In this document: positions 8,601 through 17,200 of the stretch, piece by piece
How the letters are laid out: every line of letters starts with the position of its first letter
How positions within the stretch are numbered: the first letter of the stretch is position 1
From: Bacteroidota bacterium
Lineage (GTDB): Bacteria; Bacteroidota; Bacteroidia; Cytophagales; Cyclobacteriaceae
Direction of reading: 5' to 3'
DNA length: 58,409 nucleotides
Assembly: GCA_039192005.1 (NCBI GenBank)
Contig: JBCCXH010000001.1
Coordinates: 1-58,409 of the forward strand
Translations under genes and position numbers: made by a program
Notes under the pieces: generated by a model
Databases searched by the model: none
Seen by the model: the letters and a program-made list of their open reading frames with translations, nothing else
Told to the model about the DNA's origin: nothing

Positions 8601-10346
8601 GCCTGTACCGATTTCTGAAAATGGATAGGCACTGGCATTATACCCATAGTTCTTACTACCATCGTAGGTGACGTACCTGTTGGTTAATCCTGAGACGTAA
8701 GCTTGCACGGCCTCCCGGTCCCGGTCATCTGTGACAAATCCGGTAATGACGGGCCGGTTCAGCGCGTCGTAGGTAGTGAACGTCCACTGCGCTTTTTGGT
8801 GTTGGTTTCCGTCCTGAGTGAGTACCAATCGGCCCCACCTGTCGTAAATAAGTGACAAAGGTGCTGCTCCTGGTACTTTCTTCACTATCATACGCCCCTG
8901 GTCATCGTATTCATATTGAAAGGCCCATCGATTCAAAAAGGCGATACGATCGGAGCCTGTCTTATAAAATTTACTATTCATCCGGTCTACTGCCTCAGGT
9001 GGCAGGATTACGCAAAGGCGGTCCAGGTCATCGTATAGGTAATAGGTAGTTGCCCAATGATCTGGACCTGCCTGAGATTTTTTTGCTATAACCTGCTCCT
9101 GCTTATCGGTAAATGTTAGTTCTAAGTGACCTGCCTCATCCGTGACCTGTTGCTTGTAAAGGGTTCCTTTTGGGTAAAAAATTTCGCCTTCTGACAGGAG
9201 TCCATCAACGGTTAATAAATGCACCTCATTGATTTCATTTACCTGATAAGAGTAATGCAATGGGCGATTGCCTGCCTCTTTTGACCAGGCACGACCAGGG
9301 GCAAACGTTTTTGAAATTCTGTTGAGGGGAGCGGGTTCATACTCGGTTTCTGAAAATGCATAAGCATCGTTTTTGATTCTGAGGTATTCGAGGCGTTGGT
9401 TACTTCTCCACGCCGTGGCATAGCTGCCTTTTCCTTCCTCTTTATAGGGCAGGTATTCCTTAGCTGCCCGACCGATATGGTCGTATGTGGTATTTGATAT
9501 GACGTCACCACCTGAAACAGACGAGGCATGGAGTATGTGCTGTGTAGGCCTCCCGAAGCCATCAAAATAGGTGATCTCTCGTTTTGCGTCGGTCGTTTCA
9601 TGGATCGTATTTGCTGATCGATTAGGGCGGATAGCATAGATATAATTTCTATCTGATATGTTAAGCTCATCGCAATTTCTTTTCGCAGGATTTTGATCAT
9701 CACAGTCCAGACGATTCTGCACGTATCCACCTTCTCCGGAACAACTTAACCTTGAAATATCAGGATCTCCGTACCCATCGGCATCGCTATCATAATACCA
9801 GTAGGCCGGTTGGGTTGGATCTGTATCGTCACAATCCAGGTTGTTGCTAACCCACCCCCCTCCTATGAGTGATGTTGCTGCATGGTGGCCCCCTCCTGGT
9901 ACGTTGGTTCCCTCGTCCTGCTCTGAGTAGTACCCCAGGGCCGTTTGTGCATTTGTTCCATATCCATCGCCGTCCAGATCCTGATAGAGGACGAGATGGC
10001 CAGAGAATGGTAACGTAACATCAGAATGGCCCGAGTCATCACTACCTGTGCCGCTACAGCAGGAAACCTCTTTTGATATGCCGGTATTATTATCATTGCT
10101 GTCATCGTCATTAAGCGACCAGCCCGAATGGTGAAACTGACCCAAATCCCATTGTTTCCCCTCAATTATTATGAACGTTTCGTTGGAAACCAGCCCACTT
10201 GCTGCGTCTGATGGGTCGCCCCACCCATCTCTGTCTTTATATAGCGTCTCGACTGATTGTGCATTGGATGAGCCAACCAGTAAAAGGCTGCAGATGGCAG
10301 ACACGATGCAACGCTTTTTTAAGGGTCTTTTACGTATTGGTAACAT
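5691..10346 (-). CDS. RHS repeat-associated core protein (DUF6443-type) with N-terminal DxDGDGYG/Cys repeats and C-terminal HExxH metallopeptidase tip
   Basis: Signal peptide from ATG 10346; ITYFDGFGRPTQ; YD repeats; DHLGNVR; DYYPFG...RSYDPAIGRWQQVDP...NNPIMYYDFLG core; GHELLHGFQ in the tip. Confidence 0.92.
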   Translation of the reverse strand: MLPIRKRPLKKRCIVSAICSLLLVGSSNAQSVETLYKDRDGWGDPSDAASGLVSNETFIIIEGKQWDLGQFHHSGWSLNDDDSNDNNTGISKEVSCCSGTGSDDSGHSDVTLPFSGHLVLYQDLDGDGYGTNAQTALGYYSEQDEGTNVPGGGHHAATSLIGGGWVSNNLDCDDTDPTQPAYWYYDSDADGYGDPDISRLSCSGEGGYVQNRLDCDDQNPAKRNCDELNISDRNYIYAIRPNRSANTIHETTDAKREITYFDGFGRPTQHILHASSVSGGDVISNTTYDHIGRAAKEYLPYKEEGKGSYATAWRSNQRLEYLRIKNDAYAFSETEYEPAPLNRISKTFAPGRAWSKEAGNRPLHYSYQVNEINEVHLLTVDGLLSEGEIFYPKGTLYKQQVTDEAGHLELTFTDKQEQVIAKKSQAGPDHWATTYYLYDDLDRLCVILPPEAVDRMNSKFYKTGSDRIAFLNRWAFQYEYDDQGRMIVKKVPGAAPLSLIYDRWGRLVLTQDGNQHQKAQWTFTTYDALNRPVITGFVTDDRDREAVQAYVSGLTNRYVTYDGSKNYGYNASAYPFSEIGTGRLGDVLTVTYYDDYRFVAKTGLKGTAFQPVYTTGSVHHVVPVLKTFAKGQVTGSMINTGEKDGVASIIYYDENDLPIQTVTQNHLGGTDIVSNQYDFTGKLRKTQTQHLVYGKTMTIKRRMEYDHGDRLINTWHEVNNQGEVLLAHNAYNELGELIEKELHMFDPIGALKGEFSQSLDYTYNMQGWLTSINDSRRSDDSEPNRDLFGMELYYDTNPLEPANTHFNGNIAAMQWSDSQGTGTHDYRSYNFAYDPLNRLTDARHFENGAETSKFGLTGVSYDLNGNIQHLKRKAESTTTLMDNLSYQYDGNRLLGVQDASGDADGFYDGNTSGNDYAYDENGNTISDANKGIDRIKYNHLNLPVEISFSSRSQGEVDKITYRYDAAGIKLSQTLHESGIPIRTTHYIGELHYEDLHEGDGPRLQLIQHEEGRIVPKYGSGGHAQPIETFDYQYHLTDHLGNVRVTYSTMPEKYEMVEDFEDDQSDFTDLKRHNRRTANRTTGGSYVSAVARQETSAMTLLRLNKGDVVNLSVYASYETNADEHAFLPMAYHALFSSFDEAFGDIEGISCSVNEFNEALNSANMMGKSNAQPLAPRAYLNYLFFDKEMHYVTAGYQQISKTAGETDAFERVELDRPFVANQEGYILAYLSNEDQGQGHVYFDDFTVYHEKTMVVSSQDYYPFGSQFNSHTRTASVPNKYKYQGMELQPETETYLADFRSYDPAIGRWQQVDPKANEFHSPYAGMGNNPIMYYDFLGDTIVDANGAVAKLVNNVNEQIDALNSVLNNKDFNYDKLGFSKKQVQSKVKALKGVLSEINRMKVSAQVYHVQNADDQGAGVSFDAKTGAIDIRVNASSSIGLIGHELLHGFQFENGDLSLFKDNSAYGSLYDIGDETAGYNRERLLDGGIGSTVAEKRTDSWTRQTGAKMTPQAYQKLPNGPININSPQGKAIQKKLRQGTSKEVVIGWKNYDRSK

Positions 10347-10457
10347 GGAAAGTAATGAGGTTAGGTTCGGATAGTAATGTGTGCTAATGGATAACAACAT
10401 ATACCCGGGTCATTTTTTATGGTCGCCAGGTGCTATGCGTTGGTTATATGTGTTGCA

Positions 10458-13400
10458 TTATTGGCCTTGATAATGATATTCGTACTGCTTCAGAATACTT
10501 CTGTTATGATCTTTGATGGTCTTTAACCGGCTAAAGTTGTCGTACTCATAATAGGTTGTTTTGCCTGAAGCATCCGTTTCAGAAGTAATACCTACTGACT
10601 GCTTATAGGTATAGGAAAACACCTGAGCGTTGGGAAAACTTGTTCTTAGCTTATCAAGGATAGTGCGTACGTCTCCATCGAGAATCTCATAATTCGGGAT
10701 CGGGCTGGGACTGACGATTCTTCCGTAGTTCAACAAATCAAAACTCTGATGAGGTCAGTATCGCTTCGATGGAGGCATAGGTTGCATTGATGACTTTAGC
10801 AATAGGATATCGTTTGTTATATCCCCAAACGTAAGCGGTCACTATGCCCGTGGTCTTATCTTCGGTCTCGAGGATATTTCCCCTGTGATCGTATCGTTTA
10901 AAATAGAACTTTTCTTCATAGTTCTGGTCTCTTATAAAGATTCCAATATTCGGAATTACGAAAGAGGGGTTGAAATCATCTACCAACGTAGCGGTCTCCC
11001 TCATGTAGTGACGAGCGGGTAGGGGGAGGCCACCAACTAATTTATAGGTAGTAAGCGTCGAGGTCCTCAAATAAGATGTACCTTCTTTCTCCATGTACTC
11101 CGAGGTCTCTACGGGATTGGCTGTTATTTTCCCAATCTGAAGTGCACGTACTCCTTCTGCAGCATCGTACACCGGCAGGTAGTCGGAGGGATATTTCATC
11201 GTAGTTATCAGCGTTTCAGATTGACTGGTCTGATCCGTCATTTTCGTCACGTAAGTATGCCTGGCTCCTTTGTGTTCGTAGGTAGTCGTCTTTTCCGTAG
11301 CAAGTGTCGTTCCTGTCTGGTAGTCCCTTACCGTCCTGGAGGTGAGCACTTTCGCAACACCGGTCATGTAGCGATACTTTGCGACACGGAAACACCCGTA
11401 CGGCCTATTACCTATGGGCAATGCATCATTGTCATCGGGATTTGCATGCCTTGGGTAGTACTGGCCAAACTTCATGCCGTATACTTTTTTAGGTGCATAC
11501 CCACCGTTCGCATACCAGACATCATAGTTGTAGGTTTCTTTTCTGACGATTTGACCAGACTGATTGTAATCAGATTTCACCAGTAGCTGCCCCCTGTTCC
11601 AATCGTAGTTGGGATTCTCAGGAAAAGGAAAGGTATTGTAGGTACGTGGGTTCATACTCAAATCAAAATAGGAAGACCGCCGAGTGGAGTTAGGGAATAG
11701 GTCGTACACCCGAGTGGCCAAATACACACCATCACATGTTCCGTTCTTTGCCCGATCACAGTCTGCTACCGGACCAAGTGGACCTGACGATATCTTCAAC
11801 CGGTCGTTTCGTTCGTGCCACAGGGCAGGCATCGCAAACTCGTATACGGTTCTGCCATTGCCACTCATGAACTCGGTCACTTTTCGGTAGCCGATGTTTG
11901 ACCCTTTCGTATTGCCCAGCGGACCCTGAGGAACGCTAAAACGTGTGGTATTGGCCCGATAAGCGTTCTGAGTTCCATCGAGTGGATAACGAACTCCTGC
12001 GCCGTCACTTACTGCAAAGATGGGTATGCTGACCACCTTACCGGCTGTCTCATTGCCATCGGTATAAGAATAGTTGTATACCATGTCATTATCTGTACTT
12101 AGTCCATCTCTTTTTACAATTCGTCTGATGCGCAATCCACCACCAGAAAACGCTTCATTCCCGTCTTTGAATGTATGTGGCTCGTATTCGTAGCTCGTAA
12201 ATCCTCCAGTTGGATAATTTATTTGTGTCAGCATCCCCACACCCATTAGGTCTGCATCCGGTAGCCGGTCTGCTCCGGATAGCGTGTACTCTCTTCCGGT
12301 ACGTTTCACCCTGCGGTATACGCTAAACCTGCGACTATCGCTAAACATATCCGGGTACACGTACTGTTTGGGAATCATGGACCTGGTATTGCCCGTGGCG
12401 CCATTATAGTAGCCCCACAAATCCTGCTGAAAGGAAAACCGATGAGGCAACCGGTGGGCACTACTCCATCCAGAAAACCCCAGGTACTTGTACTCAAAAC
12501 TTGTTGGTGGAAGCTCATCACCCTCTGATGTTCCAAATTCCTGAACGCTACGCAGTCGCAAACGCTTGAAGTACACGTTCATGTTTCGGTCATGAGCGAA
12601 GTGCGCACCCGGTTTGCTATACCGGTAACCTAACGAGCCTACCTGAAATGTTGTGACAACAGGACTGGTAAAGTAATCTTGTACAAATGCCCATTTTTTG
12701 ATTCTTTTCGGGATTCCGGTCGGCTTGATGGAAAATGCGATGAGCCCAGTAAGGGCTTTGGGTCGCATCCGCGGTTCATATCCCCAGATATCCTGTCTCT
12801 CATGATCACTTAAGAATGTCAAGCGCTCATCGTCGCTTTGGATCGAGACCAGTCGTTTGCCTTTCAAATTAACTACGGTACTCTGCAAGTGGTGATGTGA
12901 ACGATCTACGTTAGGATTGTAAACATTGAAATTGAAAGCATGATTTAAGAGGGTTTGTTCTGACCCCTGCCTGATAAACTGGGACGACTCGTCTTCATAC
13001 CTAAAGCTGATTTCTTCTCCTAAGGGGGTGGTAATCTTAGTTAAATACCAACTAGAATTAAATTTCGTTTCCTGACGGGAGTTAGGGATGTAGTAGACAT
13101 AAGAAAGTATTCCCTTGCCTCCAAAAGGTTGCGGAAAGCTATTTGCCTCTACGATGGTCTCGGTCTCTTCTACGGCAGTAAATGCGTAGTTGATTCCCTG
13201 GTCGTCTGTCACTTCAAAACTGGACAGCCTCCCATAACGATCGAGTTGATGGGTGATCTGCAACTCATGATGAGACAATATACGAATGGTCCTCACCCCA
13301 TTTCTCACATCAAATACGAACTTTCCTGATTTCCCACAAAAGTTGAAATAAAAAACATCAGGCTCTGTATCGCTCAGCTTCTTGTAGCTCCAGCCATTAG

Positions 13401-13908
13401 GGTTCGGTTCAATGCTATAAAATCTGGAGAAAACGTTGTCTAGTGAGTAATCATGGTCATACAGGTCTCTATTGTAAGCGCCAAGTACATCAATATCATG
13501 AACGTTTTCCTTTGAGTGGAAGATCCCGTTTCTACAGTCCGGCCGTCTTCCTGTTCCATCCCAGGTGTCGGGACAGTAGGGTGCCTTGTAGTCGTCGGGG
13601 ATTTCTTTCATTGACCGGGTAATCACTCCGCCGGCATTTAAAACCCACCCGAGACCGATGTTAGAAGCGGTTTCCTCTACTTTAATGCCACTGGAATGGT
13701 AGCTCAAACCGACAGGCAAGGTGTAATCTTTTACTTTCAATTCATAAAGCGGAATGCCGATTTCCGGGGTTCCGGTGTAAAGGGATACCGGGTTGTCTAC
13801 GTACTTCCCCAATGCCGAAGAGGTAGGTGATGGTGGAATGACGTCCTGATTTTGTGCGTACAACACACAAAAATGAATCATGGTTATTATGGTAAGAAGG
13901 TTTTTCAT
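10458..13908 (-). pseudogene. YD-repeat/RHS-associated secreted partner protein, split by a 1-nt frameshift at 10740-10743 (or a sequencing error)
   Basis: ORF 10738-13908 (signal peptide; PPSPTSSALGKY, PVSLYTGTPEIGIPLY, GLGWVLNAGG, GGGLRIRRI) and ORF 10458-10736 (YTYKQSVGITSETDASGKTTYYEYDNFSRL, the usual C-terminus of this family) join into one 1149-aa frame if one base is removed from the A4 run. Confidence 0.8.
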
Positions 13909-14203
13909 GTGTATGGTTTTCTTTCAAATGCTCACATGCGGTTCCCCGCAGGGAAATTCGCGATAAACACCATTCATCCTCAGTTGGTGTAGACTAGGAT
14001 GCCTGGTCTTTTGCTCATTTTATGTGTATGTTCCTTGTTTTATATTCTTTATTATTCTTTATCTCTTTTATGGCAGGCAGGTCGCTCAAAACATTGCTCC
14101 GCAGCGCCAGACCGTCGGCCATCCAGTCATCCGGCAGTTGGCCAACGTGGCACGGTATACGTTCGCCCTCGAACGTTTATGCTCATTTCATATTCTTTGA
14201 TTT

Positions 14204-17200
14204 TCATTCTGGTGTTTTCTTTCCATTCGTTTCTCCAAAATTCCAGCCGGCTCTACTCATTCTGTATTGGTACCTGACTTCGCCCCAGAGAGGTGCTACA
14301 AATTTGCTTATGTCTGAACTCTGGTAGGTTCCTGACGTGACAATGTTGAACATTTGTCCTTCGGAAAGCTTTTTGCCATGACTGTTTTCAATATGTAAGG
14401 CTCCCGCCAACTTTTGGAAAGTAGTAAATGAGATCCCCACCCCCATCAGTTTACTTCCTACTGCATTGTATCCTGCTAAAAAGTTTCCTGCGGAACGAGA
14501 AGTAGCATATTTACCATTCAACAATGCACCGACATTCTTATAAATAGCCTTAATATCGAACAACTTTCCTTTTTTAGAGGCTTGAGCAATTTCCATCAGG
14601 TTCATGCCCTTTGATTTTGCATTCATGTCTGCGATGATTGGATCAAACGATTTGCCAATCTGTAGTTTGTAGTTTGTCATTGGCTTTCCCGTTTCCGGGC
14701 TGACAAACTCATCCGAATGCTCCGTCTCGCCCACTTTCGTCCCATTTCCTGAGGTGCTACCGGACCTTTTTTGTCGCTTCTTAATCATTTTTTCGTTTGG
14801 TGTTCCTCCGTCTGCATTGGCTTCGTGTTGGTACACTCCATTGTCCCCGTCATCGACAACGGCAATGATCTTTCCTTCTGTATCGATATGAGAAGACGGG
14901 ATTAATCCTGAGGGATCAACAAACGCCATCGGGTTATTATAGGTGTAATGGTAGGGCGTCCATGATTCCTGGCCTCCGTCATCCGCCAGGGGGTCCATGT
15001 TCATAAACCTTCCCAGAGCGCCATCATAAAACCTTGCTTCGAAATCCATGATACCTACGCCCCAGTCTTCCTGCTCTTCTTTGCCTCCATATTTGTATTT
15101 CTGCGCGGTAGAAGCTGTCTTTTTGTAATTGTTGTAGGTCAAACCGAAGGGGTAGTAGTCCTGCGCACTCACTACATTCGTTTTCCCATGATAGACGGTA
15201 AAGTCATCAAAAAATACGGTAGCGGCTTCCTTGTTCTCATTACTAAGGTACGCGAGCAGGTAACCCTTTTGATCTGCTACAAAAGGTGCATCCAGCACGA
15301 CCAGTTCGTGAACACCCACTCCTAATGCTGCCTTGCTGATCTGCTTAAAGCCTGTTGCCCTATACTGCATGTCCTCGTCAAAAAAGATGAAATTGATAAA
15401 CGCTCTGGGTGCTTCGTTGGTGTTTCCTTTTCCGGCAGCATGAAGTCCTAAGAGTGCCTTATCAAACTCACTGGCGGTACTGGTGATGCCTTCAGCCCCT
15501 CCGTAGGCGCCATCGAAGGAATGATGCAGCGCACTAAAGGCGATCGGCAAGAAGGAGTTGCCATCTGGATCGCTTTCGTAATTGGCCTTTACACTTAGGT
15601 TGACCGTATCGCCTTTGTTCATCCCTACCAGCACCATCGAGCTGGTTTGCTTTATACCTACAGCACTTACATATGTTCCTGTCTTCGTACTATTAGCCGT
15701 TTGCCTATTCTGCCTTTTTAGCTCCGTAAAGTCGCTTTGGGTATCTTCAAAGTCTTCTAGCATGATATAGTTCTCCGGGGTGGTACTAAAGGTAAGCCTT
15801 ATGTTGCCCAGGTGATCTTTGAGATGGTACTGGTAGTCCATTCCGTTTTCGATGGGAACCACACGACCCTCTTCGTGTTGGATCAATTGAAGGTGCGGAC
15901 CTTCTCCCTGATGCTCGTCTTCATAGATAAATGCTCCGATATAGTCTGTGGTCTTTACCGGGTTGCCGTTTTTATGTACGGTCTGGCTTAGCTTTCTTCC
16001 AGTAGCATCGTAGCGATAGGTGAGGTGATCCCCGTTTTGAAAAGCTACGCTGGTGGGTAAATTCAGATGATTATAGTCAATCGCAGTGATTCCTTTGTTC
16101 AGGTCTCGCACGATGTTGCCATTTTCATCATAGGCATAATCGTTACCGGAAGGGTTTCCATCTTTGAACCCTTCATCGTCGTTTCCATGATCCTTCACCT
16201 TTAGCAGGTGATTGCCTTTATACGTGTACGTAAGCCTGTCCATATAGCCATTAGTGGCACCCCGCCGACTCAATGTTTTGATGTTTCCATTCAGATCGTA
16301 ACTGATGTTATTCACATCATATCTGTTTGTATTGCTCCCATTTACCTGATGATCTGCACCGGTGAGCCGGTTCAACCGATCGTATTGATACGAGTAAGCG
16401 CGCTGCACACCTACCGCCGTACCGGAAGGGTTTTCCCGAAAATTACTCCATTGAATGCCTGAAATGGTTCCATCATAATTGGTATTGAAGGCCTGAATGG
16501 GGTTCGTATCATAGTATAGTTCCATTCCAAACAAATCACCATTTGTATCTCCTTCGGAAGTCAGCTGGCTACTATTGATAGCTGTCAACCAGCCTCGGAT
16601 GTTATAGGTAAAGTCCTGAGATTGTGTGAAAGCACCTCCTGAATGAAGATCGGTCTCAATAAGCTCTCCCAGCTCGTTGTATTCATGATGGGCAATCTGT
16701 ACTTCGCTTTCATCATTTACCTTATGCCAGGTATCGATGAGCCGGTTTTCATGGTCATAATCAAAGCGACGTTCAACCACCTTCGTTTGTCCACGAGCCA
16801 CATGCTTTATTTGTGTCTTACGTACATTACCAGAAAAATCGTACTGGTTACTTACCACATCTTTTCCGTTGAGGTGGTTTTCCGAAATTACCTGGATGGG
16901 CCGTAAGGCTTCGTCATAATAGGTAATGGATGCGAGGTAGTTGTTTTCCAGTCCTTTGATGAGCTTACCTGTGAGCTGCCCTCTCGTCGAAGTATGTTGT
17001 TTTGGAAGTAAATGATAGGCATCGGTGGTAGTGTAAACGGGTTGAAACGAGGCCCCGGAAAGGTTCGTTTTATTGATGAAATCGTACGTATCGTAGTAAG
17101 TGACCGTTAAAACTTCTTTAATTGTTCCCTCGCTGGATAATGAGAAGGGGTATGAGCTATTGTTGTAGCCATATGATCCACTTCCATTGTAAGTAACATA

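Noticed and set aside
13999-14327. Plus-strand ORFs as possible immunity genes
   Set aside because: They are antisense to the operon, overlap the toxin tip and have low-complexity composition.
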